Source: Malacoraja senta (lineage: Eukaryota). Taken from it: DNA of 64,000 nucleotides. The stretch spans positions 12,836,001 to 12,900,000 of the forward strand of contig CM075991.1 of the NCBI GenBank assembly GCA_038087875.1, in the 5' to 3' direction. Made by a program: the position numbers and the translations under genes. This document shows positions 47,901 through 60,100 of this stretch, in pieces. Below the pieces are notes generated by a model that did no database searches, was not told where the DNA came from, and saw nothing but the letters and a program-made list of their open reading frames with translations. Numbering within the stretch: position 1 is the first letter of the stretch; each line of letters begins with the position of its first letter.

Positions 47901-50900
47901 GGCAATTTAATTTTATGATCATTTGATTAGCTTGGGCAGTACCATTCTTGCTGCTAAATTAGAAATGCCACGATTCACTGATTTCGAGGATGGTGGCAGA
48001 GCAGTCAGTGTTACTTCACAACTCCAGGGATCCTGATTGGATTCTGACACAGTGTCATCCATATGAGGATTGTATGTTCATTACTATGGCTTCCTCTGAA
48101 TGCTCTTGTTCCAACCCACATCCACAAGTATATGCTGGTAGGTTGGTCAACTTCTCTAAGTTACTGTGTAGGAAAGAACTGCAGATGCTGGTTAAAATCG
48201 AAGGTAGATGCAAAATGCTGGAGTAACTCAGCCGGACAGGCAGCACCTCTGGGGAAAAGTAATGGGTGACGTTTTGGGTCGAGACCCTTCTTCAGACTCG
48301 ACCTGAATCGTCACCCATTCCTTCACTCCACATTTTGTGTCTACCTTCTCTAAGTTACTCCTTGACAGAGGTAAGTGACAGGAGAATTAAAACAGGAAGC
48401 CAGTGGGCATGTGTGAGAGAATAAGTTGGATGAGCAACAGGGAAAATAAGAGGGGGAGGGAATGGGATTGATGTGACGACTCTGCTTGGATCCAACATGG
48501 ACCAAAGGCAAATGGCCTCGTGTTATAAAAAATGATATTTGATGCAATCTTGGCCAAGACTCCACTAAATCCACTTCACCCCTCCTTTGACTTGTTTAAG
48601 TGAATGTTAAAGACTGCATCTACTTTCAACAATGAACAACATGTTCTGCCTGACATTCCTCCCTCAACCAAAAATAGACTCATCATTCCTTCAGCTTAAG
48701 GCTGTTAACAATATGCAGAGAAGCTGCAATCACTGTCTGCACAACCCATTGTAAATCATCTACCTATTGTGTCTGAGGAAGCAAAACAAATCTTTAAAGT
48801 GACATTCAATACTACAGAACATAGCAAACTGAAGGTGTCAAAATTGATAATATTGGCAAACTTTTAGGCAATTTTGTACATAGAGGGTTCACAAAAGAGG
48901 GAAAGTAATCTGACTTGATAATGTTGTTTGGATAAATGATGTCCATGACACTTGATAGGTCACCTCTGCTCTTCATTAGTAGTCGGACATCTCCCCAAGT
49001 GGAAAGATGCAACCTCTGATTTCTATTTCATCCAATGAAGATCCCAGAACACTTAATGTATTTAATAGTCAGTGAGGATGGTGGATTAAATTCAAACTAG
49101 GGTCAAGGGTAAAGGATATTACCTCAGTCAATGCAACAAAGGCGCAAATCAGTTTATTTGCACATCCAATATAGTTTTGTGTTGCACTTTTACATTCAGT
49201 GTAGTCAATAGACAATAGGTGCAGGAGTAGGCTATTTGCAACTTCGAGCCAGCACTGTCATTCAATGTGATCAATGTGATCATCCACAATCAGTACCCCA
49301 TTCCTGCCTTCTCCCCATATCCCCTGACTCCGCTATTTTTAAGAGCCCTATCTAGCTCTCTCTTGAAAGCATCCAGAGAACCTGCCTCCACCGCCCTCTG
49401 AGGCAGAGAATTCCAGTCTTCAAAAGTTGTTCAAAAAATGGTGTGAATGTGACAGCATAGATTGATATCAAGAAGGTTGGGGTTTTGAAACCAAGGCATT
49501 GAAGAAATGGCCCTACTAAACATCCCTTAACTTATCTCCAATTCTATTTGGATTAAATTTCCACCTGTGAAGCACATTGAGACGTTTTGCCATATTTAAA
49601 GTGTGATTATATAAAGTTAGTTTGATTATTGTCACGTGTACCAAGGTACAGTGAAAAGCCTTTTTTACAGTGAAGAGATAGTTGTCAACCACTGCAAGTG
49701 ATGTCCTTGGCCAATATTACCGCCTCCTTTTGTGGAAAGAGGTGAGTAACAATCTATTTCTCATTAAAGCTTCGTTGGGACTTGTGGATGACCAACTCCA
49801 CCAAAACCTGTGATTTAACCAAACGTTCTCAGTCTTTCCTTTGACTTGTATGTTCTTTTACTGAACACAGAGGCTCAGCAGTGTGGACCACTCCTTCAAT
49901 ATCAGGTTTGAGTTTAACTTATTGTCACGTGTACCGAGGTACAATGAAAAGCTTTTTTGTTTGAGAAGGAACTGCAGATGCTGGAAAATCGAAGGTAGAC
50001 AAAAATGTCTGCCAATTTTTGTCTACCAATGAAAAGCTTTTGTTGCGTGTTAACCAGTCAGCAGAAAGCCAATACATGATTACAATTGAGCCATTCGCAG
50101 TGTACAGATACATGACATAGGGTATACACTTTAAAGTCTCAATCATTCTATACGGGCTACAAAATCTGTGCCCTGGTTGCTTGTTGATTGGTTAGTGGAG
50201 TAAATCAGAAGCTTGAATAAAAGATGAAGTGTTTGAGGAACTTGTCAGGTCAGGCGGCATCTACTGAGGAAAATGGACAGTTATCTTCTGTATGAAGATA
50301 TTACGCACAAAAAGCTGGATGTAACTCAGCGGGACAGGCAGCATCTCTGGAGAGAAGGAATGGGTGATGTTTTGGGTCGAGACCTTTCTTCAGACTTCTG
50401 TACACTGGATACTGTACCTTGGATGATGCTTAAATGCCAGGGCTCCACTGGTAGAGAGGTGAGGTGAGAGCTGGCAAGTGAGAGGTAGATGTGGGTGAGG
50501 ACCCCAACCCTTTTCACCTGATGGACAATAGTGATAGTTTGTGAAGGGAGGTGAGGCAGAGGAGCAAGAGCTGTCTAGTGATGTGTGGATCCAAACCCCT
50601 CTTCCCTTGATGGAGGGTGGAGGTAGCCAGCAAGAAGAGGTGAAGGTGATGATCCCAACTCTACAAACCCCTCTTCACCTGATGGAGGGAGATCTCTGCT
50701 AGAGAGAGGTTAAGGGAAGGGTTAGGGCAAGACCAGACAGGTGATGTGTGGATCCAGGTGAGGAGGATTGGGATCCAGAGCTGGATGGAACCGTCACCTG
50801 CCAGATCTGGCCCCATCCCCTTACCCCCCCCCCCCGCCCCCACCTTCTCTCTATATCCCCCCCCCCCTCCCCTCTGTCCCCGGAGAAGGGTCGGGACGAG

Positions 50901-52692
50901 AGAGAAAGAGAGAGATAGAGAGAAATAGATAGAGATAGATATACAGTGGCTTGCAAAAGTATTCATACCCCTTGAACTTTTCCACATTTTGTCACGTTAC
51001 AACCACAAACGTAAATGTATTTTATTGGGATTTTATGTGATAGACCATCACAAAGTGGCGCATAATTGTGAAGTGGAAGGAAAATGATACATGGTTTTCA
51101 CATTTTTTTACAAATAAAAAACTGAAAAGTGTGGCGTGCAAAAGTATTCAGCCCTTTACTCTGATACCCCAAAATAAAATCCAGTGCAACCAATTGCCTT
51201 CAGAAGTCACCTAATTAGTAAATAGAGTCCACTTGTGTGTAATCTAATCTCAGTATAAATACAGCTGTTCTGTGAAGGCCTCAGAGGTTTGTTAGAGAAC
51301 ATTAGTGAACAAATAGCATCATGAAGCCCAAGGAACACACCAGACAGGTCAGGGATAAAGTTGTGGAGAAGTTTAAAGCAGGGTTAGGTTATAAAAAAAT
51401 ATCCCAAGCTTTGAACATCTCACGGAGCACTGTTCAATCCATCATCCGAAAATGGAAAGAGTATGGCACAACTGCAAACCTACCAAGACATGGCCGTCCA
51501 CCTAAACTGACAGGCCGGGCAAGGAGAGCATTGATCAGAGAAGCAGCCAAGAGGCCCATGGTAACTCTGGAGGAGCTGCAGAGATCCACAGTTCAGGTGG
51601 GAGAATCTGCCCACAGGACAACTATTAGTCGTGCACTCCACAAATCGGGCCTTTATGGAAGAGTGGCAAGAAGAAAGCCATTGTTGGGAAAAAAAGCCAT
51701 AAGAAGACCCGTTTGCAGTTTGCCACAAGCCATGTGGGGGACACAGCAAACAAGTGGAGGAAGGTGCTCTGGTCAGATGAGACCAAAATTGAAGTTCTTG
51801 GCCTAAATGCAAAACGCTATGTGTGGCGGAAAACTAACACTGCACATCACCCTGAACACACCATCCCCACTGTGAAACATGGTGGTGGCAGCATCATGCT
51901 GTGGGGATGCTTTTCTTCAGCAGGGACAGGGAAGCTGGTCAGAGTTGATGGGAAGATGGATGGAGCCAAATACAGGGCAATCTTGGAAGAAAACCTGTTA
52001 GAGTCTGCAAAAGACTTGAGACTGGGGCGGAGGTTCACCTTCCAGCAGGACAACGACCCTAAACATACAGCCAGAGCTACAATGGAATGGTTTAGATCAA
52101 AGCATATTCATGTGTTAGAATGGCCCAGTCAAAGTCCAGACCTAAATCCAATTGAGAATCTCTGGCAAGACTTGAAAATTGCTGTTCACAGACGCTCTCC
52201 ATCCAATCTGACTGAGCTTGAGCTATTTTGCAAAGAAGAATGGGCAAAAATTTCAGTCTCTAGATGTGCAAAGCTGGTAGAGACATACCCCAAAAGACTT
52301 GCAGCTGTAATTGCAGCGAAAGGTGGTTCTACAAAGTATTGACTCGGGGGGGCTGAATACTGATGCACTCCGCACTTTTCAGTTTTTTATTTGTAAAAAA
52401 ATTTGAAAACCATGTATCATTTTCCTTCCACTTCACAATTATGCGCCACTTTGTGTTGGTCTATCACATAAAATCCCAATAAAATACATTTACATTTGTG
52501 GTTGTAACGTGACAAAATGTGGAAAAGTTCAAGGGGTATGAATACTTTTGCAAGCCACTGTATAGAGAGAGATAGAGATAGAGAGAGATAGATAGATAGA
52601 GAGAGAGATAGAGATAGAGATATAGAGAGAGATAGCTAGATAGCTAGATAGATAGAGAGAATAGAGATAGATCGAGAGAGATAGAGAGGTAC

Positions 52693-52761
<69 letters not shown>

Positions 52762-52793
52762 AGATAGATCGAGAGAGAGATAGAGATAGGTAC

Positions 52794-52849
<56 letters not shown>

Positions 52850-53315
52850 ACAGAGAGATGGAGATAGAGAGATAGAGATAGCTAGATAGAGAGAGAGATA
52901 GATAGATCGAGATAGAGATAGACAGAGATAGAGAGAGAGATACAGAGAGATAGAGATAGATAGAGAGAAACAGAGAGATAGAGATAGAGAGAGAGATACA
53001 GAGAGAGAGATAGAGAGTGAGAGAGAGATAGGGAGAGAGATAGATACAGAGAGAGATAGAGAGTGAGATAGAGATAGGGAGAGAGAGAGATAGAGAGATA
53101 CAGAGAGAGAGAGAGAGATACAGAGAGAGAGAGAGAGATACAGAGAGAGAGAGATAGAGTGAGAGAGAGATAGGGAGAGAGATAGAGAGATAGATACAGA
53201 GAGATAGAGAGAGAGATACAGAGAGAGAGAGATAGAGATACAGAGAGAGATAGGGAGAGAGATAGATACAGAGATAGAGAGATAGATACAGAGAGATACA
53301 GAGTGAGATAGAGAT

Positions 53316-53351
<36 letters not shown>

Positions 53352-53528
53352 CGTCCATTCCCTCCACAGACGCTCCCTCCAGCCCCGGGGCCCTGACACA
53401 CAGCGCGGCACCGACCTGGCGATCTGGTTGCGGCGGATGTGGTGGACGAAGCCGTGGCTCATGTCGAGCCGGGCGGCCTTGCCCGCCGCCTTGTCCCGGG
53501 GAGCGGAGCTCTGCTCCCGCAGCTCCAT
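44803..53528 (-). CDS. C2orf68: UPF0561 protein C2orf68 homolog (4 coding exons, 171 aa)
   Basis: Exons 53416-53528, 46202-46317, 45583-45746 and 44803-44925 splice in frame (516 nt). Motifs RLDMSHGFVHHIRRNQIARDDYDKEV, TPAPVRPRKPDLQVY, LFCLDYHADD..VTSVIIHQGDDP and ALRLRIQEEI. Head-to-head with USP39, as in mammals. Confidence 0.93.
45583..45746 (-). CDS. C2orf68: C2orf68 coding exon 3
   Basis: NGAENFSGFECEESNESSSS...ELFCLDYHADDKIVTSVIIHQ; CAG|gtaagt. Confidence 0.9.
46202..46317 (-). CDS. C2orf68: C2orf68 coding exon 2
   Basis: RDDYDKEVRQSKERQKKRQTPAPVRPRKPDLQVYHPRRR; tag| and |gtaagt. Confidence 0.92.
50944..52560 (+). mobile_element. Tc1/mariner (DD34E, IR/DR-type) DNA transposon, near full length
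   Basis: ~210-bp terminal inverted repeats starting CAGTGGCTTGCAAAAGTATTCA, with an internal repeat of gcaaaagtattca. TA duplication at 50942-50943 and 52561-52562. Encloses a transposase gene. Confidence 0.97.
51321..52342 (+). pseudogene. Tc1 transposase with a single frameshift near 51690
   Basis: ORF 51321-51806 carries a paired-like HTH and GRPPK. An overlapping -1 frame to 52342 carries WSDETKIE, FQQDNDPKH and SPDLNPIENLW, with 34 residues between the second D and the E. Confidence 0.92.
52561..53346. repeat. Compound (GA)n/(GATA)n/(TA)n microsatellite
   Basis: Direct inspection; the tract continues left of the Tc1 at ~50898-50943. Confidence 0.95.
53416..53528 (-). CDS. C2orf68: C2orf68 coding exon 1
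   Basis: MELREQSSAPRDKAAGKAARLDMSHGFVHHIRRNQIA; donor AG|gtcgg. Confidence 0.9.
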
Positions 53529-54078
53529 GCAGGCCGCGGCCGGGCCCGGGCCCGCGCAGGTGGACGACCAGCGCTCACCCGGAGTGGACACCCGCGCCTC
53601 AGCCAAGCGCCTCCAAATACAGTCTGAATAGAAGAAGTCTCGACCCGAAATGTCACCCATCCCTTCTCTGCCAGAGATGCTGCCTGTCCAGCTGAGTTAC
53701 TCCAGCTTTTTGTGTCTATCTTCGGTTTAAACCAGCATCTGTAGTTCCTTCCTAAACATTTCAACATTTAAAATATTGAACATTTCTTATTCTCCTCTTT
53801 GAAAACTGACCCCCAGTTCTTTTTAAATACCGACCCTTTGGCTTGTGTGTAATAAATTCAGGACCTACTCACTCCAGAGAACCCAGAATGCGCTGTGCAG
53901 GACTGAAGGAAGGTTGTGTATGCTGTTCATACATGTATAATATTAAAGTAATGAAGATGACACATTGGCAGCATGTATGTCCCACTTGTGAACCCGGGGA
54001 CACTGAGCGTCTGGTCCCAGCACCGCCTATCCACGGGAGCAGCAGCCGGTCGGCCACCTGGCGGCGGCGGCGGCGGTG
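53529..54078. promoter_or_regulatory. Bidirectional promoter region C2orf68/USP39
   Basis: Divergent ATGs 550 bp apart, each in a CpG-rich block. Confidence 0.75.
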
Positions 54079-54163
54079 ATGGCGGCGTTGAAGCGGGAGC
54101 GGGAGCGGGAGCGGGAGGCCGAGGCTGAGGCTGAGGCCGGCGACGAGGCGGAGCCGGGGGCGG
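54079..54163 (+). CDS. USP39: USP39 coding exon 1
   Basis: MAALKREREREREAEAEAEAGDEAEPGA; donor G|gtgagg; phase fits exon 2. Confidence 0.8.
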
Positions 54164-57100
54164 GTGAGGGAGCGGGGAGACGGGGAGCGGGGAGACAGGG
54201 GGGGCCTGAGCGGGGAGCGGCCGCGGCACCGACAGCCGTCGGTTTCCAGAATCTTCCGTGGCCGTGACCTGGCGGAGCCCGCGTGACCATCATGGCCCGC
54301 CCTTTGACCCCTCACCCCCCCTCAACCGCCCCCCAAACTCTACCCCCCCCCACAAACTAATCCTCTCTCTACCCCACACTCCCCCCTCAACACCCTTCCT
54401 CTAACCCCCTCACCCCCAAACTCTACCCCTCTCTCTACCCCCCCCAAACTAATCCTCTCTCTACCCCACACTCCCCCCTCAACACCCTTCCTCTAACCCC
54501 CTCACCCCCAAACTCTACCCCTCTCTCTACCCCCCCCAAACTAATCCTCTCTCTACCCCACACTCCCCCCTCAACACCCTTCCTCTAACCCCCTCACCCC
54601 CAAACTCTACCCCTCTCTCTACCCCCCCAAACTAATCCTCTCTCTACCCCACACCCACCCGTCTCAACACTTCCTCTAACCCCCTCACCCCCAAACTCTA
54701 CCCCCTCACAAACTCTAATCCTCTCTCTACCCCACACTCCCCCCTCAACACCCTTCCTCTAACCCCCTCACCCCCAAACTCTACCCCCTCACAAACTCTA
54801 ATCCTCTCTCTACCCCACACTCCCCCCTCAACACCCTTCCTCTAACCCCCTCACCCCCAAACTCTACCCCCTCACAAACTCTAATCCTCTACCCCACACT
54901 CCCCCCTCAACACCCTTCCTCTAACCCCCTCACCCCCAAACTCTACCCCCTCACAAACTCTAATCCTCTACCCCACACTCCCCCCTCAACACCCTTCCTC
55001 TAACCCCCTCACCCCCAAACTCTACCCCTCTCTCTACCCCCTCACAAACTACCCCTCTCTCTACCCCCCCCCAAACTCTACCCCTCTCTCTACCCCCCCT
55101 CAACCGCCCCCCAAACTCTACCCCTCTCTCTACCCCACACTCCCCCCTCAACACCCTTCCTCTCACCCCCAAACTCTACCCCCTCCCTCTACCTACCCCT
55201 CACTCACAAACTCTACCCCTCACCCACAGAGCAATGTTCAAAAAGCTGTAGGAACGTGGATAGTGAGATCCGACACCTTGTAAGCATCTAGGTTTTTGTG
55301 CCAATGTCTCCATGGGTCAATTCCAGAGGTCTTGATTCTGACACAGAATGTTGTGGATTTGCACCCTAATCAATAAATCCAGATGGACAAATTGGATCCA
55401 ACATCTGAAGAAGGGTCTCGACCCGAAATGTCACCCATTCTCTCCAGAGATGCTGCCTGTCCTGCTGAGATACTCCCGCTTTTTGTGTCTATCTTTGGTT
55501 TAAACCAGCATCTGCAGTTCCAGCTCTTAGGGCTGAGGGAATCAAAGGATGTTGGAAAAAAGCCGGAACGGGGTACTGATTTTGGATGATACGGTATCCA
55601 GATTGGCCAACAGACAGGAAGTGACACAGCTGGCGTTATGGTGCCTTCAAAACAACTTGGCACTCAATGCTCTTAAGACAGTGGAATTGATAGTAGACTT
55701 TAGGAGAGCTCTCCCCCCCTCCCCCCCCCCACTCACCATCAACAACACCGCAGTCACATCTGTGGAGTCTTTTAAGCTCCTTGGAGCCATCATCTCCAAG
55801 GACCTTAAATGGGGGGCCACCATCGACTCCACAGTCAAAAAGGCCCAACAGAGGATGTACTTCCTGCGGCAGCTGAGGAAGCACACAATCTGCCACAGGC
55901 AATGATGGTCCAATTCTATACTGCCATCGTAGAGTCTGTCCTCACCTTCTCCATCATGGTCTGGTTTGGTGCTGCCACCAAGCACGACATCCGGAGGCTG
56001 CAGCGAATTGTTCGATCAGCTGAGAAGGTTGTTGGCTGCAACCTTCCTCCCATTGACGAACTGTACACTGCAAGGGCCAGGAAGCGAGCGGGTAGGATTA
56101 TCTCTGACCCCTCTCACCCTGGCCACAAACTCTTTGAAGCACTTCCCACTGGAAGGCGACTCCGGACTGTCAAAGTTGCCACAGCCCGACATAAAAACAA
56201 CTTTTTTTCCACGAGCAGCAGCTCTACTTAATAACCAAAAATCTGTAGCCTCCTTTTGTTCTGGTATTTTATTTCATTCACATGTTTAAACTATAATGTT
56301 TTATTCTTAATGTTTTAATGTTTAATGTTTTATTCTTAATTGTTTGCTCTATGTTGTGTTGTTACTTGGCCAATAAACTTATTCATTCATTCATTCAGAT
56401 AATAAAATCAATCTATTTGATTGATTATAGTCATAGAGCACGAAACAGGCCCTTCAGCCCAACTCTTCCACCCACCAAGATGTCCCATCTATATTTAAAC
56501 TGTAATCATTATTTTAATGCAAAAAAATGCTATCTAATTTGTACTTAAGAGATGGGGTACTTTGGCTCTTGTGGCTAAAATTAACTGCATTGTGTTAATA
56601 TTAGCAAATGTAATATACAAGGGTGGTACAGTGGCGCAGCGGTAGAGTTGCTGCAGCGTCGGAGACCTGGGTTCAATCCTGACTACGGGTGCTGTCTGCA
56701 GGGAGTTTGTACGTTCTTAACGTGACCGCGTGGGTTTTGCCCGAGATCTTCGGTTTCCTCCCACACTCCAAAGACGTGCGGGTGTGTAGGTTAATTGGCT
56801 TGGTATTAGTGTAAATTGTCCCCTGTGTGTGTGATAGTGTTAATGTGCAGGGATCGCTTGTCGGTGCGGACTCGGTGGGCCGAAGGGCCTGTTTCCGCGC
56901 TGTATCTCTGAAAAACTAAACATATTCATGTTGTTGCTGTTCTAATTAGTGCCCTCAAAGATGACAAGAAGCCATTGTCAGGATGAGGAGGATGACAGAA
57001 GTAGACATTGTCCATACCTGGACACCATCAATAGGTGAGCATGAGCCACGTTTATTTGCACACCATGTGGTGACATTTTTTCTTAACGTCTGGGGATAAT

Positions 57101-60100
57101 AATTAGAAAAGGATTGGTAAATTATATTGGAATTATAGTAAATTATATATAAACAATCAGTGGTTGGGGAAGTATATCTGCTAGATCATATTTCGGAATG
57201 TAGAGAGAGAACTCGGGTATCCATTTGCTAACCCTGTTTCAACCCTGATTCTTCAGACTCAGAGATGAAAGTGCTGCCACAAACCTAATGATTCCCTTCC
57301 ACAAAGAGTTTTGTCCTGCATGGAACTGAACTGGATCTGTGTTTACTTCATATAACAACCCCTTTAAAGAAGTCTTTCTCTTTGTTGTAGAGAATATTAC
57401 AATCATGTTTTAATGCTTCTGCAGCACTCAGAGCCTGACTAACACTTGTCAATTGTAGGAGTGTGCTGGATTTTGACTTTGAGAAGTTGTGCTCGGTCTC
57501 CCTTTCTCACATCAATGTTTATGCCTGCCTGGTGTGTGGCAAATACTTTCAAGGTAAGCTCACTTTCTGCATTTTAGTTTGTGACACAAATTTCATTTTG
57601 TTTTCATTGGAATTGGGATAAATAGACAAACAAATGAGTAAAGTAGTGAAAGAGTTGAGAAACAATTGAAGATATCCTATAACATTGAGGAGAGCAGCTA
57701 TTTCAGATTTAATTGCAAGTAATGAACCAGATCTAATCAATGACCTTGGTGTTTGTTTATCAATACAATCAGCACAGTGGTGCAGCGGTAGAGATACTGC
57801 CATACAGTGACAGAGACTAGGGTTGCTGTCTGTATGGAGTGTGTATGTTCTCCCTGTAACCACGTGGGTTTTCTCTGGGTGCTCCGGTTTCCTCCCACAT
57901 TCTAAAGGCACGCATGTTTGTAGGTTAATTGGCTTCCGTAAATTGTCCCTTGTGCAGGATAGAACTAGTGTATGGGATGATCGCTGGTCAGCGGTGTGTT
58001 CAAGGGCCTGTTTCCATGCTCGATCTAAACAATTGTGTTTATGCAGTGCTTGATGGGGAAAATGGGAAACAAAGTCTGAGATTCTAGATTTGGGTACAAT
58101 TGTGTATCACAGTGATAAGATAGAGGCAGTCTGTAGTAAATTGGACTTGCTTGTTAATAGTTAAAGCAGCAAGATCAATGGGAAAAGTTCAAAAAAAGAG
58201 CAAAATCATTACACTCCTAAAAGAAATGACTCCACGACAAAAAAAATGATGAAAAATATAAAAATAGAGTACAGCACAGGACCAGGCTCTTCGGCCCACC
58301 GTGCCACGCTGACCGTGCCTGGGCCCCACCGTGCCGGGGCTCACGGTGCCTGGGCACACTATGCTGGGGCCCACCGTGCCTGCGCTGACTGCCTGCGCTG
58401 ACCGTGCTGGGGCCCACTGTGTCTGAGCCCATCGTGCCGGGGCTAACGGTGCCTGGGCCCACTATGACCTGGGACGACCATGATGCCACATCAACAATGA
58501 ATAAAGTAAAAAAAGATACAAATGTGCAAAAAACCCTGCAACGATCGTAGAAATAGGGAGAGCTACAAAGGACCAAAACTCACCCAATTATATATTAAAA
58601 AAAGAGAATATGGAAGGAAATTTGGTTAAAGGAGAAAAACAATTAACACTTCTATATACTTAAAAAATAAGAGGATGGTTTAATGTAATGTGAGCACAGT
58701 GAAATTTAATGATGGTGACATTATAAATGAAAATATGGGAATGGTAGACATATTAAATAAGTAAATTGCAGAAGCCTGCAGATGCAGCAAATCTAATATA
58801 GAACTCAAAATGCTGGAAATATTGAACAGTCCTGGGAGCATCCATGGGGAGAGAAGTAGTTAACATTTGATCAGAATGGGGATTATGAAAAAAAGCACTT
58901 TTACATTGCAAAGGGGGAAGGGTAGAGAGAACAAAGGGAATGTCTGATGCAGACCGGTACTGACGAGGAGATGGTGGTGAGGACTAAATCATGTTCTATT
59001 TATGGTCTCATTTGCTATTGGTCTTCCCCTTAACAGAAACACTTTGTTCTGTTCTATACTTAGAAAGGTAGGGATTAATCCAAGATAATCAGAATGGCTT
59101 TGTTAGGAGGAGATTTTGTTTGAGCAATTTGATTGCACGTATTGAAGAGATAACAAGAGTATTGAAGGGGGCAGTGTAGTTGATGCCTACGTGGAGTTCA
59201 GTAAGGTCTTTGACAAGGTCTCAGAAGGGAGACTGATCCAAAAGGTTAAAGCCTGTGGTGGTCTGGCCAAATTGGTAAATTGCATCGCAGTGGTTTGGTG
59301 GTTGGAGGAGGTGACAGTGAGGGCTTGTTGTGATTGTAACTTGCAGCCAGTGGAGCACCACGCAGATCGATATTGGGATCAGGTTCTGTTTGTTATATAC
59401 ATTGGTTATTTGGATGTGAATGTTGGAAATGTGGTTTGCAAGTTCAAAAATGACGCAGAAATGAGTGGTATTGTTGATTGGAGGTGGGTAATCTTAGGCT
59501 AGAGTTTGATATTGATGAGTTGGTAAGATGGCCAGAGCAATGACAGGTGGAACCTAATGCTGATAAGTGTGAGGTGACATTCTGGCAAGATGAACGAGGC
59601 TTTTGACATAACCAATGAATGACAATTGCCTCAATACTAAACCTCGGGTCCTGCTGCTCCCTCTGGTGGCGAAGGAAAAGGGTCTTTCACCTGAAATGTT
59701 AACTGTTTCTCTTTGCGCAGATATGTTGAGTGTTTCCAGCATTTTCTGTTTTATTTTGGATTCCAGCATTTTGTTAATTGATTTTTTTTTTTTTACATTG
59801 GTTTTGCACAAATTTTCATCTGTCCACTCTAGCTCAGTTCTCGCTCATCTTGTTTGACGGTTCAACTGGCAACAAGGATGTGACCATACATCCAGTTTTG
59901 TAAACTGGGCTAGATTAAAGCACAAACTAGGGATATTTTGGTAGTTGCACTGCTTGATTCGTGACTGATATATTCAAAACGTGAAAGTCCTGAACTGTGT
60001 TGGCAAGCAGTGTGGGGATACTTCACTCACCCTTGCTGAGTGAAAGGCTTTTCATTGACGGGTTCCACGAAGGATCAACATCTGTTGGGTCCTGTTGGGA

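Noticed and set aside
52529..53660. Long ORFs of 290, 338 and 161 aa rich in S/L/I/Y
   Set aside because: Translations of the GA/TA microsatellite; only 53416-53528 is real coding sequence
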